The notes under the pieces are model-generated. The model was not told the DNA's origin, did not search any database, and was given only the letters and a program-made list of their open reading frames with translations. A stretch of 63,909 nucleotides of DNA, counting the filler, from Bdellovibrionales bacterium RIFOXYD12_FULL_39_22 (lineage in GTDB: Bacteria > Bdellovibrionota > Bacteriovoracia > Bacteriovoracales > Bacteriovoracaceae), in the NCBI GenBank assembly GCA_001770205.1. It is 6 parts of 6 records of this genome, joined end to end, with 100 filler letters (N's around TTAATTAATTAA, not from the genome) between each part and the next. Parts side by side here need not be neighbours in the genome. Positions count along the whole stretch, not along the records: positions 23,694 to 39,057 come from MEQL01000005.1; positions 39,158 to 49,456 come from MEQL01000006.1; 4 more parts are not named here. The stretch is one strand, 5' to 3'. This document shows, in pieces, positions 29,507 to 39,743 of this stretch. The first letter of the stretch is position 1. Every line of letters starts with the position of its first letter. Position numbers and translations under genes: made by a program.

Positions 29507-30172
29507 TTAAAAGATCAGAGTTTTTTTTCCATGAACGAATGCAAAACTTTTTCCAACAAACTGAATGGACTCTCCATTGATAATAATTCCACTACCGTCT
29601 GGGAGGGCATAAAGCGGGTACGTTAATTTGCGAGAATATTGTCGAAGCTCAACGTCATATCTGATAGAATTTTTATAGTGGGGAAAGAATTCAAAATCAA
29701 CCAATCCCATAGAAGTTAAATTTCGAATATTTTCATCGTTGTCATCTCGATCAAAATGTGGCAGGCCAGCGGTATTAATGGAAGGCGTCAGCATAATGGC
29801 CCCGGCACTTAATCCGGTCAATACCCCTCCTTCGTTAGCATATTTTTTAAGCCTTCCCAACATCTTAGACTTTTTTAAATGTTTTAAAAAATAGAACGTA
29901 TTACCACCTGAGAGATGAATCAAATCACTCTTTAGTGCCTCTTTTAGAAAAACATCATCACAAGGATTATCAACCGGACAAGAAAGAAAGCGATTAACAC
30001 CAAAGGGCCGATATTGGTCAATGAAATGGTGAAAATATATTTCTGATTCATGCGAAGAGGCAGGGATATAAGTAAAAAGAGGATTCTTTTTTTTTATAAG
30101 TTGAACAAAAAGGGCCAAGTCCAGGAGATAATTTTCCTGCTGGTCTCCACCACTATATAAAACCAACTTCAC
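29507..30172 (-). CDS. pepE: Peptidase E (S51 family)
   Basis: YIPAS, LSGGNTF.FL, GLSAGA and FFPHY motifs. Confidence 0.85.
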   Translation of the reverse strand: MKLVLYSGGDQQENYLLDLALFVQLIKKKNPLFTYIPASSHESEIYFHHFIDQYRPFGVNRFLSCPVDNPCDDVFLKEALKSDLIHLSGGNTFYFLKHLKKSKMLGRLKKYANEGGVLTGLSAGAIMLTPSINTAGLPHFDRDDNDENIRNLTSMGLVDFEFFPHYKNSIRYDVELRQYSRKLTYPLYALPDGSGIIINGESIQFVGKSFAFVHGKKTLIF

Positions 30173-32013
30173 AGGCCTTCTCTACACTCTCGAACAATTT
30201 GCAAAATACGCTTTGTTACTTTATTACATGACCTCTCTTCCGTTGTATGCGGAATAGAGGTAAATTTTAAATCCGGATTCAAATTTTGATCTTCCACAAA
30301 CTCGGATAAAACCTCGAATAATTTTTCAGGCGTCATTTTGGGACGACTTTTGATAATCTTGTTCGCAATAATGGTAATAGCATCACCTGTTACTCGATCA
30401 TATTTATTAATCAACGATGAACGCATCGTAACTTCCAGCAATATTTTATCTATCGGAGCCTTACGGTAATCGGCGATAGCTTCTATTAATTCCATATAAG
30501 TTTTTTGAAATTGATCTATTTTTTTTCCTCTATATTTGGAGATTTTTTCTACATCTTTTTTTTTAGCATAACTTGAACAAATTATGTCAATAAACTCTTC
30601 GTGTGACAGCGGAAGACCTCGTGCTAAAAGAAGTTGCGGAAGTTCTCGCAAAATATCCCGCAAACAAAAAATAGCATCACAAGTAATTCCATCCTCCACC
30701 TTATAAATTCCTCTGGAAGATTTAACTCTTTCAAAATAAGAAAAGGCATCTTTAAATTTTTCCACCAAACGCGAATAACGCTCAACCAAATAGGAGACAG
30801 CTTCACCAGAAAAGCCAACTTTTCTCATTATATTATTACTCTTGGCCTGATCAAATATCTGGTCAAAATGTTTTAACGCCCGATGCTTAGCAAAGTGCTT
30901 AATATTTATTTTGCGACCTTCTTTTAGTGTTTCAACTATTTGGGCAAACGTTTGAATAATATATTTTGCTTTTAATTTTTGCTCCAGTATATTGGTAGAA
31001 TAGGTTTGCACATCATCGTAACGATACTCTTGATGGAACATTCCAAACTGACGAACCGAACCATAATCAATAATACCGGCATCCATTAGAATATTATCCC
31101 CATCCCAATCCATCCAACAGAAAATATATTCATCTTCGAATTTAGCGGCAGTGCGTGCAAAAGCGCCTGTTACCTGTTCTAAAAAATACTCATATTTATT
31201 TTTCCCTGTAGGAATTTTACTCCATAGCTTATTTTTAATTTGTCGCTCGATGTAATAATCCGTAATGGCCCGCAATCCATCCAAATCATTAAGCTTTAGA
31301 AAGCGAAAAAAATGCGAGGGGCGAAGTAAATTTTTTTGAGCACGCACATTAATAGAAATCCCCCCTGGAAATTCTATTATGGCCAATACTCGTTCGGTAT
31401 TAATACTGTTTTGCGCCAACACCTCACTAAAAAACAGAGCGGACATTCCTTCATCTAATTCCGAGTAGCCGCAACCATAAGAAATATTCGGATCCCCTGT
31501 TTGATAAAACTTATTATTAAGTGAGGTGGCCGGACTCAAACAGGTAGCACCCGTTCCGCTACTGGATATATCCCATATCTGGCCACCATGAGAAAAATAC
31601 CCGTTCCAAATACTACGTCCATCTCCAGAAGTCTTACCTCGCTTATTGGGGTGTTGCAGCTGAAGATAACGAGTGGCCATATATTTATTAGACCGAATTG
31701 ATGTTTCATCAAATTTAATATTATTAATTTGGTCATACTCATTAATAATAACCAGACTAAAAGTGTTAAGAATTTTTTCCTCAAGCGCCAAATTAAGTTC
31801 GTGCTTATGATTTTCTGGAATCAATCCCATGATCTTGGCCAAATTAAAATTAAAAAAGGCCACTCTTCCCCCTTTTCTCGTCCGCACGTTATATTCAACA
31901 AAAGAGTTCGGAACTGCATGCTTTAGAGGGTGATCTCCGTTGATCTGTTCAAAGGTTAAATAGTCGACAACATCGACATAATTTTCTTCTAATTTCTTGT
32001 GTAATTTCGTCAT
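30169..32013 (-). CDS. Divergent SelO/YdiU-family protein adenylyltransferase-like protein
   Basis: SGDGRS, SEVL...INTERVLA and DGDNILM...IDYG motifs. Confidence 0.7.
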   Translation of the reverse strand: MTKLHKKLEENYVDVVDYLTFEQINGDHPLKHAVPNSFVEYNVRTRKGGRVAFFNFNLAKIMGLIPENHKHELNLALEEKILNTFSLVIINEYDQINNIKFDETSIRSNKYMATRYLQLQHPNKRGKTSGDGRSIWNGYFSHGGQIWDISSSGTGATCLSPATSLNNKFYQTGDPNISYGCGYSELDEGMSALFFSEVLAQNSINTERVLAIIEFPGGISINVRAQKNLLRPSHFFRFLKLNDLDGLRAITDYYIERQIKNKLWSKIPTGKNKYEYFLEQVTGAFARTAAKFEDEYIFCWMDWDGDNILMDAGIIDYGSVRQFGMFHQEYRYDDVQTYSTNILEQKLKAKYIIQTFAQIVETLKEGRKINIKHFAKHRALKHFDQIFDQAKSNNIMRKVGFSGEAVSYLVERYSRLVEKFKDAFSYFERVKSSRGIYKVEDGITCDAIFCLRDILRELPQLLLARGLPLSHEEFIDIICSSYAKKKDVEKISKYRGKKIDQFQKTYMELIEAIADYRKAPIDKILLEVTMRSSLINKYDRVTGDAITIIANKIIKSRPKMTPEKLFEVLSEFVEDQNLNPDLKFTSIPHTTEERSCNKVTKRILQIVRECREGL

Positions 32014-32085
32014 GCGCTTTTATTCGGACGCTTTTTGTTTAACGTTAGATTTTTTTTTCAAGGCATATTGATAGGCAATGTCGTC

Positions 32086-32247
32086 CTAATGTGAACGGTA
32101 ACCATCGCCTGAGAATCGACATTCTTTAGAATAACCAGGAAAACGGACACCTGATGGAGTGCCATATTCTCCTGAAATAGAACTGTTGTTAGCTAGTACT
32201 ATCGAAGAAAATAGTGCCAATCCTAAAACGGCAAAGACTTTTTTCAT
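32086..32247 (-). CDS. 53-aa secreted peptide or truncated gene (last unit of array)
   Basis: Read by hand: MKKVFAVLGLALFSSIVLA-NNSSISGEYG...; starts just after repeat R1. Confidence 0.5.
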   Translation of the reverse strand: MKKVFAVLGLALFSSIVLANNSSISGEYGTPSGVRFPGYSKECRFSGDGYRSH

Positions 32248-32269
32248 AACATTCTACTTGTTCATTAAT

Positions 32270-32360
32270 CTAATATTAAAAAATCGGGCCTTGCCCATTA
32301 ATTCTTTCTGAGCATTGTTCATCAACTGTTAACGTTCTCATTCATCGGTCGATCACATTC
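32270..32360 (-). repeat. Repeat R copy 1 (internally deleted)
   Basis: GAATGTGATCGACC...GGGCAAGGCCCGATTTTTTAATATTAG. Confidence 0.8.
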
Positions 32361-32867
32361 CTAGAGTTCAAACTCCTTAAAATGGTGTCTCAGTACATCG
32401 TATTTTCTCTTTGCATCAAATTCTTTTAGGTCACCTCTAGAGAAATGAAACATTCCTGAGAAAAAGGGTATGCCGTTTACTTTAATCGGCAGATCAACAA
32501 AGTCATTATCAGAATAATAGTAATTTGCGGTCAGGGGGTGAATTTTACCAGTGATTAAATCTTCAATTTCTGTTTCTTTATCGATCCAATAAAAATTACC
32601 ATTTCCTGAAACTAAAAAATACCCCTCGACTGTTACAAGAAGACGATTAATTTCATTTTGTTTTTCATAGCACTTGTCTTCGTGCGTGAATTTTTTTATT
32701 GACATTTTTTCTATAGTATTTATCCTCCAAAGATCTCCAAGAGAAGTATTTGAACTCAATAAGTACAATTCTCTATCGATGCACGCACTTACTACTTTGG
32801 GTTCTTCCGCTAACCCGACAGACAGCATTAATAAGTTCATCATCACTATGATTAATGTTTTTTTCAT
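32361..32867 (-). CDS. Secreted hypothetical protein
   Basis: ATG 32867 MKKTLIIVMMNLLMLSVGLA signal peptide. Confidence 0.75.
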   Translation of the reverse strand: MKKTLIIVMMNLLMLSVGLAEEPKVVSACIDRELYLLSSNTSLGDLWRINTIEKMSIKKFTHEDKCYEKQNEINRLLVTVEGYFLVSGNGNFYWIDKETEIEDLITGKIHPLTANYYYSDNDFVDLPIKVNGIPFFSGMFHFSRGDLKEFDAKRKYDVLRHHFKEFEL

Positions 32868-32886
32868 AATACCTTCATTCACCAAC

Positions 32887-33013
32887 CTAATATTAAAAAT
32901 TTGGGCCATGCTAGTTATTTCTCAACTTTTATGTTCTTGTTCAGAAAAGCGCACCTTGATCTGAACATTGCTCATTAATTGCCAGCGTTCTCATTAATTG
33001 GTCGATCACATTC
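32887..33013 (-). repeat. Repeat R copy 2
   Basis: GAATGTGATCGACC...GCTTTTCTGAACAAG...GCATGGCCCAAATTTTTAATATTAG. Confidence 0.85.
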
Positions 33014-33376
33014 CCGGTTAAGTCCCGTCTCCTCTCTCGTGAAAAAACCATTTTCGGGAACTAGTATCTCATAAATATGCCTTAACGAATAAACTTCCGT
33101 TAAATTAAAATAAAGTGCACTTTTTTCCTCTTTTGCTTGCACTAAAATCGCGTCGCATTGATTCTCAAGATTAGCTCTCAGGTCGGGAGATAGGCGACCT
33201 CTACTAAATAGTGTAATACTGTCATATTGAAGTACGAACTTGGCCGTGGTATTAGTAAAACAGCTAACTTTAGCAGGATCTTCCAATCGAATCCATTTTG
33301 CTGAAGTGCCTGCAAAAGATGAAACTGACATAAGTAAAATAAATGTTGTTAATAATTCTCTCATTTTTTCCTCCAA
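32975..33376 (-). CDS. Secreted hypothetical protein; C-terminus reads into repeat R2
   Basis: MRELLTTFILLMSVSSFA signal peptide; GGAGG RBS. Confidence 0.72.
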   Translation of the reverse strand: MEEKMRELLTTFILLMSVSSFAGTSAKWIRLEDPAKVSCFTNTTAKFVLQYDSITLFSRGRLSPDLRANLENQCDAILVQAKEEKSALYFNLTEVYSLRHIYEILVPENGFFTREETGLNRECDRPINENAGN

Positions 33377-33382
33377 TTCTTG

Positions 33383-33524
33383 GATATTGTCCCAGAACTG
33401 ATGTGTTGTTATTCATCACCTAAGTGCTGAGTTCGGTTAATTGTTACTTCGATGCTAATCAAAATATTAATTAGAAAAAAGTCTTTTGAAATTCTTACAA
33501 AATATTAACTTAGACTGTCTAATA
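33383..33524 (-). repeat. Array leader L, copy 1
   Basis: Homologous to 60532-60671; both end ACACATCAGTTCTGGGACAATATC. Confidence 0.8.
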
Positions 33525-33603
33525 GTTGGACAGTTTTGAATAACCATGGGCCATATGGTTAAATTTAGATTCGCTAAAAAATAAACTGCGCCAAGGAGGG
33601 CCC

Positions 33604-33933
33604 ATGATCAGTAAAAATATTGCTTTAAATATTACCGCCTGTATATCAGGACTTTCATTTTCTTTCGACGAACTAATTACCGAGACCGCCAACTTATTTG
33701 AGAGGGAAGGTGTACCTGGCTTTTTGAAGGTTTTAATCGCGTTTACCAATGATATAGTGGTTGAGCAGGCAAAGTCATCTATCGACACCAAGTGTTGCTC
33801 TCATCCATATTTAAATCGAAATGGTAATCGATCAAAGACGGTTTATACCTCCATTGGCAACGTTAATTTGGAATGGACCATATTAAGGTGTAAAAACTTT
33901 AATAGGGTGTTCCATCCATTAAAAATGGCGTGA
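33604..33933 (+). pseudogene. Transposase N-terminal fragment (ISLre2/UPF0236-like)
   Basis: KCC...RNGNRSKTVYTSIGNV...LRC; homologous fragment at 60705-60979. Confidence 0.55.
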
Positions 33934-33983
33934 CAACATTTGTGATTATAACAATAGCAGCAATGATAATTACTACATTCTAG

Positions 33984-34393
33984 TGGCATATCATTCATAT
34001 TCACTAATACAAAAATGCCACTTTATGAAGTGGTCCAGAGTTACTATGATAAGGATGTTGTTGAAAAATCATTTCAGGCGCTAAAAGGCGTTGTAAATTT
34101 AAGGCCAGTTCGTCATTGGCTTTATAATCGAGTGGAGGCCCATGTTTTTATTTGTTACTTGGCCTGTCTTCTACTATCCATCCTGAAAGATAAAGTAAAA
34201 AAATTGGAAATGTCTGCGTTCTCCGCACTCTTTGAACTTGAAGGCCTTTATAGAATTTTCTTAATCGATCCCAAGAGCGGTTTTAAACTTGGCAAGCTTG
34301 TTGCGCTAACAAAAAAGCAGGAAAAAATTTTGAATGCAGTAAATAAACATCTGTTAAATGAGTGTAGTGGGGAAATTTAGGGTCAAATTCAGG
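33984..34393 (+). pseudogene. IS1634 transposase C-terminal fragment plus right end
   Basis: VEKSFQALK...LRPVRHW...RVEAHVFICYLA; near-identical to 37491-37900 inverted. Confidence 0.85.
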
Positions 34394-34649
34394 AATTTAT
34401 TCTTATTTTGAGGAAGCTGTCCTGACAAAATAGTACCATCATGTACGGAATAGACAGCGACTTGGCCTTGGTGCTCTCTGCATGGATGTGTGGCGTCTTA
34501 TGTTTTTCTATATCACGAAAAAACATTTTTATTAAAATTCCATAAAAAATAGAGCTAGACTTGCAGCATCTTATGAGTATGGATTTTCGGTATACGCGGT
34601 AACAGGACTCACAACCTCAGCTAACGTTGGAGTAACTTTTAATTTCTAA

Positions 34650-35810
34650 TTAAGAAAAAATTTTATCTAGTCCGCTCTGCCAGTGTTGCGCCTGGACTAG
34701 GCCAAATTTTTTCTCAATTTTGTCTTGCGATAAAATTATGGCGTAGGGATTTTTGAAATCATTGATATAGCGGCCAATGGTTGAAGCATCATCTTCGCTC
34801 ACCGAGTCTGTTGATTTAATTTCTACAAGGAAAGTTTTTGAAGTTCCTACCTCAATGATCAAATCAATTTCGCCATTTGGAGAGACATCTAAAAAGGAGA
34901 AGCGATAATAGGTCTTGTGATAAGAATCCAGACGAATTATTTCGTTGATAATAAATGATTCGAATGCCCGTCCGAATTCGGAAGTTCGAGGAACTAATTT
35001 GTCTTTCAAACTTCCTTCCAGTGCCCGACGTACTCCTAAGTCAAAAAAATAGAACTTTGGGCTTTGTTTTTGTCTTTTTCGCACAGATCGATGATAAGCG
35101 GGAAGAAAAAAACCCATCAGAGTCTCTTCTAAAATGCTAAAATAGGAGATGATTGTCTTGGTATCAACTCCAACATCTTTAGCAATTTTTGAAAAATTGG
35201 TAATTTTTCCATCAGCTTGTGCTGCCACTTCTAAAAAGTAATTAAAGGGTTCAATTTTTCTAGTAAGTTGTTCCTGCTGTATCTCCTCTTTAAGATAAAG
35301 ATGAGTATATGATTGAAGATAGTCGATTTTATCGTGTTCAGATTTATAAGAACAAATCTTCGGAAGAGCACCCCAGTTGAGTGTTTGATTTAAATCAAAA
35401 AGATCACCTTGTTCAAGCGAAGTAAAGGGATACATTTTCAGTGATCTTGCTCTTCCGGCCAGTAGATTAGCTGCGCCTCTTTTTAACTTTCTCGCAGATG
35501 ATCCGGTGAGAGCAAATTTAAGTTTGGTTGATTCGATTAAACGATGAACACTATTAAGTAAAATGGGGATTTTTTGAAACTCATCTATAACAACCCATTT
35601 AATTTTTTTGGGAAGTGATAAAACTTGCGCCTCAAAATTTTCCGGGTGTCGTTGTAAATCCAAAAAAGTTTTAATTTCTAAAAGATCAAAGTAAAAAGTT
35701 GTCTCAGAAGGAAAATTGCGTTTAATCCAAGTTGATTTTCCCGAGGCCCTCGGCCCGAAAAGGATAAATGATTCTTTAGGTTTTTTAAGAGTTCTCAAAA
35801 TATGGATCAT
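34650..35810 (-). CDS. AAA+ ATPase with DUF4143 domain
   Basis: GPRASGKS, IDEFQK, LTGSSA, LAGRA, KFYFFDLG, EIDLI..VEIK. Confidence 0.92.
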   Translation of the reverse strand: MIHILRTLKKPKESFILFGPRASGKSTWIKRNFPSETTFYFDLLEIKTFLDLQRHPENFEAQVLSLPKKIKWVVIDEFQKIPILLNSVHRLIESTKLKFALTGSSARKLKRGAANLLAGRARSLKMYPFTSLEQGDLFDLNQTLNWGALPKICSYKSEHDKIDYLQSYTHLYLKEEIQQEQLTRKIEPFNYFLEVAAQADGKITNFSKIAKDVGVDTKTIISYFSILEETLMGFFLPAYHRSVRKRQKQSPKFYFFDLGVRRALEGSLKDKLVPRTSEFGRAFESFIINEIIRLDSYHKTYYRFSFLDVSPNGEIDLIIEVGTSKTFLVEIKSTDSVSEDDASTIGRYINDFKNPYAIILSQDKIEKKFGLVQAQHWQSGLDKIFS

Positions 35811-36075
35811 ACTCCATATTTTGCCTCAATATATGGATCAGTGTCAATGCTAATTTGTATTTTTTACAACCCATCTTTACTTAACCATACCTCAAGAGGT
35901 AGTCTCGCCAATCTTATTATCCAAATCTGGGAGACTTCATGAAAGTTAAAGGCCTTAGTCTGATCATGTTAATAATGGCCATTACTACCATTACGTTGTG
36001 CCACCAGGAGTTCACAGTGGATCTTTGGTACGTCATCCCCTATGAGAGCATGATTCTATAACGACACAATGTAGA

Positions 36076-37265
36076 TTATACCAGAAATTCCCACGGAAAA
36101 ATTGTGACGCCATTAATTTTTTCAACTTTTAAAACCGGGGCGAGAACTTTGAGCTTGATGCTTCCGATAAATTCTGGCCGAATTTTTTTTGAAAAAGCAT
36201 GAAGGATTTCTAGCTCGCGAAGATCTATTTTTTCTCGAAACAAAAGCTTTATTAATTCTATGGTGGATTCTTTTTCGCGGATGATCTCAATTATACCATT
36301 GCGCGCACTGCGATAGTACGAAAGCTTTGCCTTGCGACTGTCGCCGTAACTTGCATTTGCCAGCATCTCTAAAACTAGCCAGGTTTGAAGTTGACGATCT
36401 AGGGAGGCCCCAAGATATCCGGCTATGGCAGGATCGAGTACATAGTAGCGAGGTTTTCCTGTACTCAAACGGTGCGGCGGTATTTTATGTATAACAAAAA
36501 GCTGTTCAAGCATTAGTAGATGTTTTTGAACCATTTTGGTGTTGATGTGAAGTGCTTTGGCAAGGTGAGTGGCATCTGGCGTTTCTATTTTAGGAATTAG
36601 TCGAATCAGGGAGTCGGTAAGCTCAGAGTTAGGTTTTAACTTTTGAAAAAAAAGAATATCGCGGTTCGTAATAAGCGAAATCCAATCTTCAAAAAAAGTC
36701 TCTTTGGCATCCTGACTGCGTAAAGCAAAAACTCCTGGCATTCCCCCATTTTTTAAATAACGAAAAAGTTCCGAGCGATTGCAGCGGAGTAGTTTGTCAC
36801 GGTTGTCTTTTAGTTGATCTGGATCAAAAGGGAGTTGAAGCGTTTCGGCCAAGGTAAATGGAAAAAGTCGGATACGACTCATTCTGCCAGTGAGAGACTC
36901 CTTTATTTGTGCCTCTCTAGAAAATTCTGTTGCGCCTAATAAAATATATTGTCCTGGAGCAGGTGTAAATCAACTTGATACTTTACGGCGTCAAAAATTT
37001 CAGGAACTTTTTGCGCCTCATCAATAATGATAGGATGATATTCTTTGTTTTTTTCTAAAAATGTATCAGGATTTTCGTGCGCAAAGCGCTTGGTTGTGGC
37101 CAAATCGAAGGTTTCAAAAAGCGCATTATTAAATTCAGTTGGCAAAATAATTCTAGCAAGAACACTTTTTCCTGTTTGCCGTGCCCCTTGAATAGTTAAA
37201 ACGCGGCTACTTTTAAGTCGACGCTTAATTAAAGAAAGAGCATGTCGTTTGCGTAAGTGAGCCAT
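36076..37265 (-). pseudogene. Frameshifted AAA+ ATPase/DUF4143 gene
   Basis: GARQTGKS and IDEAQK in 36936-37265; GGMP and YYVLDP in 36076-36882. Confidence 0.8.
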
Positions 37266-37490
37266 GAGTTTTTCCTTTAGATCCCCTTTTAACCCGTCGA
37301 ATTATTGATAGTAAAGATAAAAAATACGACTGGTTAAAATAATCAGATAGATTGGGAACATCTTATGTTGCGCGCATTCATAAAACGCAAACCTTGTTAT
37401 AAAAAACCGTTCTTCAAGCAAGCTTGAAGAAACTTATCGCCAAATAAAATGTGTACGTGAAGGAGGGGGAGAATCAAAGCACACTCATTT

Positions 37491-38674
37491 CCTGAATTTG
37501 ACCCTAAATTTCCCCACTACACTCATTTACAGATGTTTATTTACCGCATTCAAAATTTTTTCCTGCTTTTTTGTTGGTGCAACAAGCTTGCCAAGCTTAA
37601 AACCACTCTTGGGATCGATTAAGAAAATTCTATAAAGGCCTTCAAGTTCAAAGAGTGCGGAGAACGCAGACATTTCTATTTTTTTTACTTTATCTTTCAG
37701 GATGGATAATAGAAGACAGGCCAAGTAACAAATAAAAACATGGGCCTCCACTCGATTATAAAGCCAATGACGAACTGGCCTTAAATTTACAACGCCTTTT
37801 AGCGCCTGAAATGATTTTTCAACAACATCCTTATCATAGTAACTCTGGACCACTTCATAAAGTGGCATTTTTGTATTAGTGAATATGAATGATATGCCAT
37901 CATATTTGGCTGCACTTGTTAAGCGGGAGTTTAGTAATTTACCATCTGTGCTAAAAAATTTTTCCATATCGGGTTTTATAGTTTTCCCTTGGGCCAATCG
38001 TAATTGCGCAATTTCTATTTCATCAAAACGTGATTCGCTTTGTGCCTGAGCACGCTTTTTATTATAGCAAACAATCAATCGGCCCACCGTTTCCTCGTGT
38101 GAATATTTTTTCTCAATACAGTAGAATACAGATTGATTTACTTTTGTGCGATTAGCTACGGCAACGATATCCGATAAATCATCACCGATTGTCTTCTCGA
38201 TAGAATCTGATATTTTGAGGCCACAAATAATTTTCCAATTATTTTTTCTAAGATAATCCGTATTACCTGCGGAAGAGACACCTCTGTCCATGACGGCAAC
38301 ACCGTTGGTGATTCCAAACTTATTCAACTCTGTTGAAACGTCACTAAATGTTCTGGAATCGTGAACGTTCCCTGGAAATGTCTTATGAAAAATCGGAATC
38401 CCTCGCTCTTTAGTAACGGCCAGTCCTATTTGAATCAATGGGAAGCCTTTTCGTTTTTCCTTATCATGACCAAGCTTTGCGATACTGCAACTTCTCCCAT
38501 GGAAATAGGTATTGGTTACATCGTAGACAACTCCTTTTGGCTCAACCTTTAATATTTTTTTTACAGAATCGAACAGTTTTTTTTGAAAATCAAAATACTC
38601 AACGGCCTCAAGCGAATCTAAAGCATTCACAAGTCGTTTCTCCGTGAGAGTTTCGAGACGGAGTATATGATTAA
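37491..38674 (-). mobile_element. IS1634-family element, 5' truncated
   Basis: VYDVTNTYF, GHDKE, FPGNVHD, VMDRG, VEKSF; right end ...GGGTCAAATTCAGG. Confidence 0.88.
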
Positions 38675-38705
38675 CCTGACTTTGTCCCGATTTTTCCCCA
38701 CTACA
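38675..38705 (-). repeat. Isolated variant IS1634 right end
   Basis: TGTAGTGGGGAAAAATCGGGACAAAGTCAGG. Confidence 0.65.
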
Positions 38706-38809
38706 ATCTGATAACCAGCAAAACTTAGTCTTTTTACCAGCTAAAAAATTATATTTTAATGTTATTTTATTCTTGACAACCTTTTTGCGTAGTGGGGATA
38801 ATCCCCATT

Positions 38810-39043
38810 ATGAGTTTTATTAGAGAGCGCAAAAGAAATGGTCAGATTTATTTAGAAGAAGTCGAAAATATTCGAGTCGATGGAAAAATAGTCCAGCGTT
38901 TTATTCGCCACATCGGCCGAGAAGCTGATGGGAAAACTGTTTTATCATGCTCTATTTCAGAAGCTCGAATTGATTCCGTAAAATTATCTGGCCCACTGAT
39001 GGTCCTTCATTCTATTCTTAGCTTAACCCACATCTTTTGCTGA
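38810..39043 (+). pseudogene. IS1634 transposase N-terminal fragment
   Basis: MSFIRERKRNGQIYL..VEN.RVDGKIVQR. Confidence 0.75.
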
Positions 39044-39057
39044 TTTTTTTTTGACGC

Positions 39058-39157
39058 NNNNNNNNNNNNNNNNNNNNNNNNNNNNNNNNNNNNNNNNNNN
39101 NTTAATTAATTAANNNNNNNNNNNNNNNNNNNNNNNNNNNNNNNNNNNNNNNNNNNN
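39058..39157. other. Artificial contig linker
   Basis: N-run, TTAATTAATTAA, N-run. Confidence 0.99.
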
Positions 39158-39258
39158 ATAATGTTAAGAAATAAATGAAATATGGATAAAATTACCTATA
39201 ATATATGTTAGTTCTTAGCATAATATGTTACTCAACATAACTTAAATAGAGGCCGATG

Positions 39259-39498
39259 TTATGCCGCATTTTGAAACTCCTCTTCATTATTCCTTGGCCG
39301 TCCACGTTTTTTTGATCGCAAGATCATATCAGTTATCATTAACTGCACTATTTCTTTTCGCTTTTGGAATTCACTTTCTTCTTCAATGACTGGAACAAAT
39401 TCTATCTTAAACTCAGAGTATTGCTCATTTTGGCCTTGTTTTCTTTTTTTGAGGGCCATGAAATGCCTCCATATTTGGAAAAACCTATTTAGGTTCAT
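39259..39498 (-). CDS. Small hypothetical protein with KRGRP motif (start may be 39459)
   Basis: GGAGG before MALKK; co-oriented with the HTH gene. Confidence 0.6.
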   Translation of the reverse strand: MNLNRFFQIWRHFMALKKRKQGQNEQYSEFKIEFVPVIEEESEFQKRKEIVQLMITDMILRSKKRGRPRNNEEEFQNAA

Positions 39499-39709
39499 GA
39501 CGATTTAACTCCTCAATTAGTCCTAGCGCTTTATTTTTTGGTAGTGAATCCAGATAAGATAAAACCTTTGCAGAAAACTTTGATGTATTTCTAAAATCAG
39601 TTTCGATGTTAATCATACTTCGATATCCGGCAATACAAAGAAATTCAGCAAACTCTTCTCTTGTGAGTTCAAACTTCTCTCTTATTCTTCTGACTTCACT
39701 ACCTTCCAT
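39485..39709 (-). CDS. XRE-like HTH protein
   Basis: IREKFELTREEFAEFL. Confidence 0.7.
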   Translation of the reverse strand: MEGSEVRRIREKFELTREEFAEFLCIAGYRSMINIETDFRNTSKFSAKVLSYLDSLPKNKALGLIEELNRHEPK

Positions 39710-39743
39710 TTTTTTAATCCTCGATAATTTGAAATGACTTCAC

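Noticed and set aside
32270..33013. Repeat R as canonical integron attC or a CRISPR repeat
   Set aside because: No GTTRRRY core with end-to-end complementarity, no intI; units are too long and separated by whole genes, and no cas genes are present.
33519..33791. 90-aa minus-strand ORF and the many other short antisense ORFs in the track
   Set aside because: They are shadows of real genes or transposase remnants, with no RBS or motif support.
35939..36061. 40-codon ORF with signal-like start MKVKGLSLIML
   Set aside because: Too short and probably a gene remnant; cannot be supported.
39198..39248. Xer dif site
   Set aside because: Half-sites resemble XerC/XerD arms but lack the 11-6-11 spacing.
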